DNA of 64,000 nucleotides from Vairimorpha necatrix (Eukaryota): NCBI GenBank assembly GCA_036630325.1, contig CP142732.1, positions 868,001 to 932,000 of the forward strand, read 5' to 3'. Shown piece by piece: positions 42,671 to 51,635 of this stretch (position 1 is its first letter; each line of letters starts with the position of its first letter). The notes under the pieces were generated by a model. It saw only the letters and a program-made list of their open reading frames with translations, ran no database searches and was not told where the DNA came from. The position numbers and the translations under genes were made by a program.

Positions 42671-42934
42671 TTATTTTTTATAATCTCCACAGAAGAATAT
42701 CATATAAGACCCAAGTACCACATATATAGCCAGTATGAGACTACACAGCACTATACTCTTGCTAGTGACTACTACACATCCACCACAGTTCTTATATCCC
42801 TTTCTCATTACAAATACATTATCTATTATTATAAATAAACCCAGTACTAATAATATCTTCCCTAATAAATGTAAAGCTAAATTAACAAGATTTTTCACTT
42901 ACTTTTTATTATCGCGAAATAAGTCTCGGACCAT
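42671..42934 (-). CDS. Small two-TM protein gene with a candidate 26-nt spliceosomal intron (42877-42902); frame anomaly
   Basis: CCC...ATG at 42934. The in-frame TAA at codon 12 lies inside GTAAGT...TAATTTAG. The downstream frame encodes two hydrophobic helices. Confidence 0.55.
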
Positions 42935-43355
42935 TTTGACGCGGGTTTAATCACAGAAGTCAAAAATACGAAGACGACGCACAAGATCAAAATAATTTGA
43001 CCGTAGAAATATCTCGGAGCGAATATTGATATTATGATCATATTTGTCGCATTTGTTAGCTAATAATTACAATATATTTTAAGACTTACTATTTCAATAT
43101 TATTTGTTATATTAAACATGGAAGGGGATATATTTTGATTGATAAAAAAATATATTTAAGTTTATTTTTAAACACCATTTTTTAATATAAGAATATTACA
43201 GCGTTTTCGCGAAATTTGCTGATATATCTTTGTAATGCTTTTAAGAATATTACTGCAATATAAGCTTATATTGGTTCAGTGTAAAACTGTTAATAATATA
43301 TGATAAAAATTAATTAGACCTAAATTTAAATATTGATATATATTGCAATATTGTT

Positions 43356-43369
43356 TACAAATCTGTAAT
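43356..43369 (+). repeat. Left target-site duplication TACAAATCTGTAAT
   Basis: Identical 14-mer at 44177-44190. Confidence 0.95.
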
Positions 43370-44152
43370 AGGTGCCCTTGGCCGAGTGGTCGAAGGGATG
43401 TTCTCATTGACCAATGGGCTGGGTTCGAGTCCCAGGGGCACCAAATTGTTTCTACTTTCTATGATGCAGTTGGAACAACTCAGATGATGAAAATGTCCAC
43501 GGTAATCATTAAGTTGATTCAATGAAACTTGTGTGTGTCCAGCCACAAGGGGATTAGCATCTAGTGTAGAAACGCACCTCAAGGCCAAAAAGCAGTATCG
43601 CCCTTTGGTGACTTAATGATACATAAAAGTATCTAATGGGTACGGCCTAGTTGGAGCCCATGGCTGGTGCACTCTAGAGTGGGATCCTAGAGCTAACTAA
43701 GAGACTAGACGAAGTAGGGCAATAGAAGGTCTCGTGGACCCTATCCTACATGATTCTGTAACACGGTGGCCGAAACTAGTGGGAGACTGGTGGTCAACGC
43801 AGTCCAATAAAAATGCCGGGCTGGGGATGTGGTCGTGTAAGGAGCCGTGTGTGCGATACAGATGATTGTAGGGACCTTTGAGTCAGTACGATGATGTCTC
43901 TCCTCGGGTTATAGATAACCATGCCCGTTAAGTATATCCGCTGTGAGGTCACTCTGGACGCGATTTGAGGTATAAATGGAAAGTGTTCTCCTGGAGCCAA
44001 AGTCCAATGGATACGGCGGAGCTTGCTGCACCGGCAAGTTATACGGAGGGAGTTTTAGTGAGTAAGAATCTCACAGTACCAGTTGGAAAAGGATCACACC
44101 CAAATCCCTCTGGTCCCTATGTAAGGTTTCTCCCTACCTCTTACTTGCAAAG

Positions 44153-44176
<24 letters not shown>
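43370..44176 (+). mobile_element. tRNA-headed SINE-like retroposon, about 807 bp
   Basis: tRNA-like head with A and B boxes, roughly 45-50% GC against very AT-rich flanks, no credible ORF, A24 tail at 44153-44176 and a perfect 14-bp TSD. Confidence 0.92.
43371..43443 (+). promoter_or_regulatory. tRNA-derived Pol III promoter head (pseudo-tRNA)
   Basis: A box TGGCCGAGTGG and B box GGTTCGAGTCC. Perfect acceptor stem GGTGCCC/GGGCACC and T-arm CTGGG/CCCAG; D and anticodon stems are imperfect. Confidence 0.85.
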
Positions 44177-44184
<8 letters not shown>

Positions 44185-44190
44185 TGTAAT
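44177..44190 (+). repeat. Right target-site duplication TACAAATCTGTAAT
   Basis: Directly follows the poly(A); identical to 43356-43369. Confidence 0.95.
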
Positions 44191-44811
44191 TACCTTACAC
44201 GAATTAAAAGCTTCAATAGAAATTTGGCTTTTATAATAATAAAAGATTAACGGAACGTATAATTGCGAAAATATGAAATTAAACTGAAAAAATATAGGAA
44301 AAAATCAAGCATGCAAAAAGTGTCATAATGGTAGATAAATCGATTTAATCATCGACCAATACCGCACATTCTAAAACAGTCATAACAAGTTTTAAGCGAA
44401 AATTATGAACGAGAAACCGACGTTTTATCCTAGTTTGAGACATTAAATGTTGTGCCTGATAGATAACGAACAAAAATTATAATTCAATCAAGAAAGTCGT
44501 TTAGAGAGCGTAATATATAAGGATAATTGTTATTTGAACATTTAAGGAATAAAATTCCCAATATGATTTTTATAATAAATAATTTTATAATTTTTTATAT
44601 TGAATATAAGTTAAAAAATAAGGCTATTCGGCGCGGAGGACATAATCAGAAGCATCCTCTATGTTTATTAATCTTAAATATTTGCTGTATAAACTTGGTC
44701 CAAATATCAAATCAACACATTTAAAAGTGCTTTTAATGACGGGATTTAACCTAACCAGTTGAAATTTGCATCATAAAAGACGAAATATTTTAGTCCATAA
44801 TTTTAGCCAAG

Positions 44812-45948
44812 ATGAGAAGAATATCAGAAAAAAGAAAAGAAATTCCAGAAATAGTACAAAATATTAAGAAAATTCGAGAAAATGAAATATTAAATCTAAA
44901 TACAGATATCCTCTTTACACTAAGAAATTATGATAAAAGAATATTTTTTTATTCAGAGTCAAATTTATTTAGAACTTGTAAGAAATTCTTAAAAACAAAA
45001 CTAGAATATTCTGAAAGAATCCCTTTTGATTTAAAAATAGATTTTTATAAAAATTTAGAAATTTTATCTTTAAAAAATACAAATAATGTAGATTTAGGAT
45101 ATTTTAACAATAAAAAATTAAAAACTATAGAACTTAATAAAATAGAAAACATAAAAATATCTACAGATATTTTTGTAAGTCAATTAAGAATTATAAATTG
45201 TATTATAGAAATCGATACATTTCTAAAAATTTTGAAACTTGAAAATTTAAAAAGTTTAACTCTTAAAAATGTAAAAATTTATAAAAAAAATGAAAAATTT
45301 TTTAAACCAGAAATAAACACATTTTGTAATTCGGAAAGTACAGAAAATGAAAACAATAATGAAAAGTTTATAGAAACACATATTTTTTACGATGAAATCG
45401 TGAATAAAAAAATATTTAAAAGTTTACAAAATAGTAATTTAAAAAAACTTGTATTATTAGATACGAATATATTTTTTGAAACTGTAAAAAAATCAGAAAT
45501 ATTCAAAGAATTGAATTTTTTTAAATTTAATGATAGAAATCAGTACATGTATTTTTCATTTTCTTATACAATTTATTCATATTTAAAAACAAATTTAGAA
45601 GAAATTTGTATAAAAAATATAGAACATTTAATTTTAACAAGTAGTAAAGTTTTGTACCAGGAACATGATTTTACAAATATAAAACAATTAGATGTTTCTA
45701 ATATAAATATTACAAGTGAACTTGTTGACATTTTTAGAACTAAATTCATAAAAACAGAAAAATTTACTTTTTATGGGTGTGTGTTTTTGGGAGTAAGTTT
45801 TACAAAATTTATAAGTGCTTTTCGAGAGAAAATAAGTTATTTGAACCTGATTGATTCAGAATTGCCAATGGATTCCTTAAGTGAATTACGAAATTCTTTA
45901 AAGAAATGCAAAGTGATTTTTAGAGATCGAAAAAATTTGATCTTATGA
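44812..45948 (+). CDS. Leucine-rich-repeat-like hypothetical protein
   Basis: Repeated LxxLxL motifs: NLEILSL, KLKTIEL, NLKSLTL, NLKKLVL, NIKQLDV and ISYLNL. Confidence 0.7.
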   Translation: MRRISEKRKEIPEIVQNIKKIRENEILNLNTDILFTLRNYDKRIFFYSESNLFRTCKKFLKTKLEYSERIPFDLKIDFYKNLEILSLKNTNNVDLGYFNNKKLKTIELNKIENIKISTDIFVSQLRIINCIIEIDTFLKILKLENLKSLTLKNVKIYKKNEKFFKPEINTFCNSESTENENNNEKFIETHIFYDEIVNKKIFKSLQNSNLKKLVLLDTNIFFETVKKSEIFKELNFFKFNDRNQYMYFSFSYTIYSYLKTNLEEICIKNIEHLILTSSKVLYQEHDFTNIKQLDVSNINITSELVDIFRTKFIKTEKFTFYGCVFLGVSFTKFISAFREKISYLNLIDSELPMDSLSELRNSLKKCKVIFRDRKNLIL

Positions 45949-46094
45949 ATACTAAATAAATATTTGATAATTACATTAAAGTTTAAAAATTTTATAGCTT
46001 AATTTACTTTTAAAAATATTTTTAAGTTATAATATAAAATTTATATTTAATAGATTTTTAAATTGTAGTATAAAATTTATATTTATAAATATTC

Positions 46095-46823
46095 TCACCA
46101 TGTCATTTTTTCTTTTTTTGTTTTTTTCTTTTTCTTTTCTTTAGACTCTTCTTCCTTAGAAGCTTCAATTTCGCCAGTCTCTTGTAAATCTTCTTCATTT
46201 TCATAATGCGCTACATATTTCTTCTTCTTTTTCGCATTCTTTTTTTCTTCAATAAATTGTTCATTTACTTTATGATATCTATCTTTTACTGCTTCGCCAT
46301 ACACTCCGCTTTCCAGTCTCAATAATAATTCCTCACCTATTTGCTTCTCAAAATCAAGATTATCCAATTTCGACAAAGCTGCCAATTTTTCTGCTCTTGT
46401 AACTTTCCGTTTAACTTTTTTCATATACTCAGTTCTTCCATGTTCTTTAAAATACTCTAATCTTTCTAAATATTCCGTCAATTTCGTATGTTTTTGTTTA
46501 CATTTGTGAATTATTTGTTTATCCCAGTGTTCTAGTTCTTCATCTATTTGTTTTAAAGCTTCTTCATAATTTTTACTTAGTTTAATTTTTTCATATTGTT
46601 CGTTGGGCGTGTTTATACGCTCAGGCTCTTTTAAAAAAAGATAAAGTTCTTCGTCTATTGCTCTAATAGTAGCATATTTAGTATTGGCCAGTGGACATGA
46701 AAATTCATTACAAAGTCCTGTTAAATTATTTTTATTTTTACAGAGAAATTCAGTCTCAGTTTTCTTTTTAAATGAACAGAATTTTTTTCCTCCTATATTT
46801 TTCCATATTGAATTATCAAGCAT
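46095..46823 (-). CDS. MAK16: Ribosome biogenesis protein Mak16
   Basis: IWKNIGGKKFCSFK, NLTGLCNEFSCPLANTKYAT, IHKCKQK and ELLLRLESGVYG. Confidence 0.95.
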   Translation of the reverse strand: MLDNSIWKNIGGKKFCSFKKKTETEFLCKNKNNLTGLCNEFSCPLANTKYATIRAIDEELYLFLKEPERINTPNEQYEKIKLSKNYEEALKQIDEELEHWDKQIIHKCKQKHTKLTEYLERLEYFKEHGRTEYMKKVKRKVTRAEKLAALSKLDNLDFEKQIGEELLLRLESGVYGEAVKDRYHKVNEQFIEEKKNAKKKKKYVAHYENEEDLQETGEIEASKEEESKEKKKKKTKKEKMTW

Positions 46824-46859
46824 TTGTTAACGGTAAAAAAAAAATTTATTAAGCCTTTT

Positions 46860-47465
46860 ATGACAGATCGAGCTAGAAAATTATTAGATAATTTATTGGG
46901 ATCAAATAGAGACAGTATAATTAGAGATGAGATTAATAATCATTGTATTTTTCAAATAGCAGGAGGTTGTCCTTATGAAATGTTAAAAAATACAAAATTG
47001 TCTATTGGTTCTTGTAAATATAAAAATCATGAAGTTATTCAGTCAGTCAATAAAGTTTTATATGAACAAGAACTTATTAAAGTCTTGTCAGATTTATTTG
47101 CAAATATAAATAAAAAATTTACAACTCCAGTAAAAATTAAAGATAATGAGATTAACGAAATAGAAGAAAGTTTAGATATGAAAATCATGGAGATTGAACA
47201 AAATATAACAGAAGAGAACATTCTAGAAATGTATAAAATTTTTGAAGAGTTAGAAAATGAAATTTACAGTTTAGAAAAATTAAAAGAAAAATTTTTTGTA
47301 AAAAATAAAAAAGAAGAAATGGACAAATGTGAAGTGTGTGGATTGAATATTATTAAAAATTTTAGTAGTAAAAAGTTTATTAGCCATATTGAAGGACGAG
47401 CGCACAATAATATAAAAAAACTTAGAGATTTGTATAATAAACTAAAAAATAAATCAATTTATTAA
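46860..47465 (+). CDS. LUC7: U1 snRNP-associated Luc7-like protein
   Basis: ARKLLDNLLGSNRD, zinc finger 1 C...GGCPYEMLKNTK...C...H and zinc finger 2 CEVCG...HIEGRAH. Confidence 0.85.
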   Translation: MTDRARKLLDNLLGSNRDSIIRDEINNHCIFQIAGGCPYEMLKNTKLSIGSCKYKNHEVIQSVNKVLYEQELIKVLSDLFANINKKFTTPVKIKDNEINEIEESLDMKIMEIEQNITEENILEMYKIFEELENEIYSLEKLKEKFFVKNKKEEMDKCEVCGLNIIKNFSSKKFISHIEGRAHNNIKKLRDLYNKLKNKSIY

Positions 47466-47562
47466 ATAAAAAAAAATGTATTTAACAAATATATGAGCTA
47501 TCAAAATATTTGAAATGAATATTCACAAAACTGTCTTTTTTATTTATTTTTTCGCCCTAAAG

Positions 47563-48387
47563 ATGTCAAGTAAATTTTCAAATAAAAAACGGTTTAACGA
47601 CAAAAAAAGTGAAACAAGAGGAAGACAAATAAACAAAAAGAGAGGAACAGTAAAATCAAAATTAAACAACCAAGTTGTTATTCAACAACATAAAAAACAT
47701 GACGACATTTATGTATGCAGAGGCAAAGACGACATGTTATTGACTAAAAATATGGTACCAGGGGTGTCTGTCTACAACGAAAAGAGAATTTCTGTTTCTC
47801 TTGACGACAATACTAAAATTGAGTACAGAGTTTGGAATGCTTACAGAAGTAAACTGGCCGCCGGGATAATTTGTGGATTGGAAAATGTGCACATAAAAAA
47901 AGGATCGAAAGTTTTATATTTAGGAGCAAGTTCTGGTACTACCGTGTCTCATGTGTCTGATATCGTAGGTGAGACAGGCATTGTTTATGCAGTTGAATTT
48001 AGTCAGAGATCTGGACGAGATCTTGTAAATTTGGCAATGAAGCGTACGAATATTGTGCCAATAATAGAAGATGCTAGACATCCTTATAAATATAGAATGA
48101 TGGTCAATACAGTAGATACTGTTTTTGCAGATGTTTCACAACCAGATCAATCTAGAATTTTATGTATTAATTGCGAATATTTTTTAAAAGACAATGGTGC
48201 AGTGGTCATGTCAATTAAAGCTAATTGCATCAATTCAGCACTTCCGGCCGAGACAGTTTTCGCTGACGAAGTTAATATTCTAAGAAAAAACGAAATAAAA
48301 CCAAAAGAACAAGTTTCACTAGAGCCATTTGAAAAGGATCATGCAATCATTGTAGGAATCTATAAACAAACCAAAAAGAATAAATAA
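47563..48387 (+). CDS. NOP1: Fibrillarin, rRNA 2'-O-methyltransferase
   Basis: [39 protein letters not shown] and LEPFEKDHA. Confidence 0.97.
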   Translation: MSSKFSNKKRFNDKKSETRGRQINKKRGTVKSKLNNQVVIQQHKKHDDIYVCRGKDDMLLTKNMVPGVSVYNEKRISVSLDDNTKIEYRVWNAYRSKLAAGIICGLENVHIKKGSKVLYLGASSGTTVSHVSDIVGETGIVYAVEFSQRSGRDLVNLAMKRTNIVPIIEDARHPYKYRMMVNTVDTVFADVSQPDQSRILCINCEYFLKDNGAVVMSIKANCINSALPAETVFADEVNILRKNEIKPKEQVSLEPFEKDHAIIVGIYKQTKKNK

Positions 48388-48428
48388 ATTAATTTTAAAA
48401 ATTTTTAAAGTTTTATTATTTGCCCTTT

Positions 48429-48779
48429 ATGAATCTTAAGGAAACAGGGGTCGTCGTCATTTTAATAGGAATGTTCATTTTCGCTAGTGGCTTCATCTTA
48501 CTCATGGACAAGGCTCTTATGATCTGCGGAAACATTCTTGTTTCTCTCGGTATAATTATACTTTCCAGATCTCATTTGTTTAACATGCTTCACATGGACA
48601 AAATACAGGGGGTTGTAATGTTTATTATTGGTTTTTTCTTTATATTGAAAGGACTTACTTTATTAGGATTTATTTTAGAAGTATTTGGCCTAATTGTTTT
48701 ATTAAGACAAAGCATTCCTTCATTCAGGACAATTTTAAGAGGTCTAATTTTTGGGCGTGTTATTAATAAATTTAAATAA
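48429..48779 (+). CDS. GOT1: Got1-family Golgi transport membrane protein
   Basis: Four TM helices with DKALMICGNIL and GFILEVFG. Confidence 0.85.
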   Translation: MNLKETGVVVILIGMFIFASGFILLMDKALMICGNILVSLGIIILSRSHLFNMLHMDKIQGVVMFIIGFFFILKGLTLLGFILEVFGLIVLLRQSIPSFRTILRGLIFGRVINKFK

Positions 48780-48807
48780 AAATTTTACCTAGATTTGTAG
48801 TTTTATT

Positions 48808-50574
48808 TTATTCTTTTAGTAAACTAAAGCCTACTGTCTCCATCATTTCCTTACATTCTCGTATTTGCTCTTCATATTTTTCTTGATTCCATACGAAATA
48901 ATCTTTCATTACATCCGCCACGGGACGTATTAAATTATATGCTCTTCTCACGTCTAAATAGCTGATCATAAACCTGTTAAAAAGAACATCGCTAACTTTA
49001 TAGGCAAATTCTTGTTCAATGCAATAGATTATTTCTTCTTTAGTATAAGGATACCCGTCAGTTAATCTCGTGTAAGTTCCGGTATAATATTCTGACATTA
49101 AATAGCCTTTAGTGCCGTAAGAAGTCGCCAAATGTTTCGCGATATCTTCAGGAAGACTCAGTTTTAAAGCCAAATCGTATTCTGTGGCTTTTGTATAACC
49201 TTGAGCTCCCAATACAGTGAAAAATTCACTAATACTAGGCCTTTTAACATTCAAATTGAAATTATTGACAATCCTGACAATAGCTTGTTCGCCCATTAGA
49301 CGAAAAATTGTCCATTTTCCACCCGAAACAGTCACCATATTGTCATTTTCAATATGAATTACATGATTTCTAACAATATTTTCTGTATCTTTTTTAGTAG
49401 GATCACAAATTAATGGTCGAATTCCAGTCCAAACAGACAAAACATCTTTCTTAGACAATTTTAAATCGTTATCTGTAAAATAATTGGCTTCATGAATCAA
49501 AAAGTGCAGATCTTCTTTTGATGGTTTTATATGCTCTTCTACTTGACACTTAACATCAGTTGCGCCTATCAATGTCTTGCCTTTGTAATTCATAAAAAAT
49601 GCAATTCGTCCGTCACTAGTGTTTGGATCTACAAATCCCATATTTTTCGGCGAAAATATTGCAGGTACTAAAATGTGTGTACCGTAACTTGGCTGTATTA
49701 AAGTATTACATTCGCTTTTCGATTTTTTTCTGATTTCGTCAATAAATGGACCTGCTGTATTTACTAATACTTTACATTTTACATTAAAAACCGTTTCACT
49801 TATTTTATCATAACACTCTGCTCCTATAATTTTATCATTCTCTTTTATTAATTTAGTTAATTTCACATGATTTAAAATGCTACCTCCGTAATACGCGGAC
49901 GTAACTGCCAATAAAACGTTAAATTTTGAATCATAAAATTGACCGTCAACATATAAAACAGAACCTACAAGATTATTCTTTCGGATATTGGGGAATTTAT
50001 CTATAGTATCTTTTACATTTAAAAAGCGACTCCTGCCTAATGATTTAGTCCCAGAGATCCAATCATATAAAGTTAAACCTAAGTAATAATACAATACTAA
50101 AATTTTTTTGTATACTGGAAAAATTAGATCAACAGATCGACATAGAAATGGACACATTTCCATGACGATTTTCCGTTCTCTGAGAGCTTCAGTGACCAAA
50201 TTAAATTGTGATTTGTCCAAATTATTAACAGCTTTTTCAAGGTACCGTATTCCACCATGTAAAAGTTTAGTAGATTTAGAACTGGTCCCTGATCCGAAAT
50301 CATTGGCTTCTATTAGGCCCACTTTTAGTCCTCTAGAAATTCCTTCAATAGCACAACCCATTCCCGTGGCTCCACCTCCTATGATTAGAATATCAAAATG
50401 TGTGTTTCTGAAGTCGTCTAATATTTTATAGCGAGTTTTTGGTTTCCATTTGTAATCGTGTGTGCCTAAGAATTCCTTAGCTAATCTTTTTAGTTTTTTT
50501 ATTTTATACTTTTTGTAAGTAATATAACTTCCAAAGATGATTGCTATTATAGTGAATATAATTTTATAACCCAT
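48808..50574 (-). CDS. GUT2: FAD-dependent (mitochondrial-type) glycerol-3-phosphate dehydrogenase
   Basis: IIGGGATG, GTSSKSTKLLHGGIRYL, TSDGR, WTGIRPL and GGKWT. Confidence 0.96.
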   Translation of the reverse strand: MGYKIIFTIIAIIFGSYITYKKYKIKKLKRLAKEFLGTHDYKWKPKTRYKILDDFRNTHFDILIIGGGATGMGCAIEGISRGLKVGLIEANDFGSGTSSKSTKLLHGGIRYLEKAVNNLDKSQFNLVTEALRERKIVMEMCPFLCRSVDLIFPVYKKILVLYYYLGLTLYDWISGTKSLGRSRFLNVKDTIDKFPNIRKNNLVGSVLYVDGQFYDSKFNVLLAVTSAYYGGSILNHVKLTKLIKENDKIIGAECYDKISETVFNVKCKVLVNTAGPFIDEIRKKSKSECNTLIQPSYGTHILVPAIFSPKNMGFVDPNTSDGRIAFFMNYKGKTLIGATDVKCQVEEHIKPSKEDLHFLIHEANYFTDNDLKLSKKDVLSVWTGIRPLICDPTKKDTENIVRNHVIHIENDNMVTVSGGKWTIFRLMGEQAIVRIVNNFNLNVKRPSISEFFTVLGAQGYTKATEYDLALKLSLPEDIAKHLATSYGTKGYLMSEYYTGTYTRLTDGYPYTKEEIIYCIEQEFAYKVSDVLFNRFMISYLDVRRAYNLIRPVADVMKDYFVWNQEKYEEQIRECKEMMETVGFSLLKE

Positions 50575-51143
50575 AAAGCTTTAGTAAGAAGATTTCATTT
50601 TATTTTTTAAGTTTCAGAAATCTATTTCATAGGTTCGTAAGTAAAAAACAATTTAATGTTTCATATTAAAAAAAAATAAATTAAAAACGGAAAAATAAAA
50701 ATGTTGAATAAATAATTATTGTGGCATTTTCCAGTTTTCTTTTGTGTACAGAACGAATAAATAAATGTTTACTAACCTATAAAAAAAAATAAATTATTTT
50801 TTTTGTTATTGGATTTGCATGTTTTAGCAGGCTCTAAAATTTAGTCCTGAGTTTTTGTGGTTATATTGCGCTTGACGTTTTCTATTGGGCCATTTTTTTG
50901 ATGTCATTTAAAGATTTTACCTTTAATACGGCGCTATGATCTAAAACTATCTATATATGTCTATTTGAAATTGATAATGTAGTATTCTTACCGCAATAAA
51001 AATCACTGCTATTTTTTATGGTATTTGCACTCTAAAAATAATATAAATATATGTTTTTTTTATGATGGGTTTTCAAAATTTTTATAAAAATTTGACATGT
51101 AAACAAACAAAAGTGTTTTCAACTAATTAATTTATTTTAAAAC

Positions 51144-51635
51144 TTATTTATAAAGTTTACATTTCCCTATTTGACTTATTACATCATCCTTAGTTAAAAA
51201 CCCTTCCTCTTCACCAACCAGATAAAATGGAAAGTCCATTTCCGACAAATAATCTTCGATGACTTCGAATATCTCACAATTAATGTTTTCTTTAATTTTC
51301 ATTTTACTGTATCCTCGTTGCCTCAGCCTTGTGTACAAAACTTCAGTAGAAACTTTTACCAAAAAAGTAAAGTCGAATTTTATAAAATCCACAAGTAGAG
51401 GAGAATGAGTGTCAATTATAAAGCTTTCTTTGTCTTGTAAATATTCAAGAAGATGATTTCTTACATTATCTTTATCAAAAATCAGTGTATCTAATTTATG
51501 ATCTTTACTATCGTATAATTTATTCTCCTTGATATATTTACTAATATCTATGTGTGGAATGTTGTAAAGATGTGATATTTCATTAGATAGAGTAGATTTA
51601 CCGGCTCCTGGAGTTCCAGTTATTAAAATCTTCAT
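51144..51635 (-). CDS. FAP7: Adenylate kinase 6 / Fap7
   Basis: ILITGTPGAGKST, IIDTH and RLRQRGYSKMKIKENINCEI. Confidence 0.93.
   Translation of the reverse strand: MKILITGTPGAGKSTLSNEISHLYNIPHIDISKYIKENKLYDSKDHKLDTLIFDKDNVRNHLLEYLQDKESFIIDTHSPLLVDFIKFDFTFLVKVSTEVLYTRLRQRGYSKMKIKENINCEIFEVIEDYLSEMDFPFYLVGEEEGFLTKDDVISQIGKCKLYK

Noticed and set aside
43481-43552. Hammerhead-like pieces (ATGATGA...GAAAC-stem) in the SINE
   Set aside because: The core is not CTGANGA, and there is no U-H cleavage triplet after the CACAAG strand.
43696-43860. Group I-like AGAGACTAGACG and group II domain V-like GAGCCGTGTG
   Set aside because: Partner elements (S/P7' sequence, downstream DV strand, DVI) were not found. 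TSD plus poly(A) indicates retroposition, not an intron.
43745-43872. SECIS-like ATGA/TGA quartet
   Set aside because: No upstream ORF, and the helix and apical-loop geometry do not fit a SECIS. Kept only as a tandem G.A motif.
43343-44189. Short ORFs of 60-77 aa within the GC-rich element
   Set aside because: They overlap on both strands, cross element boundaries and have no motifs; expected by chance in GC-rich DNA.
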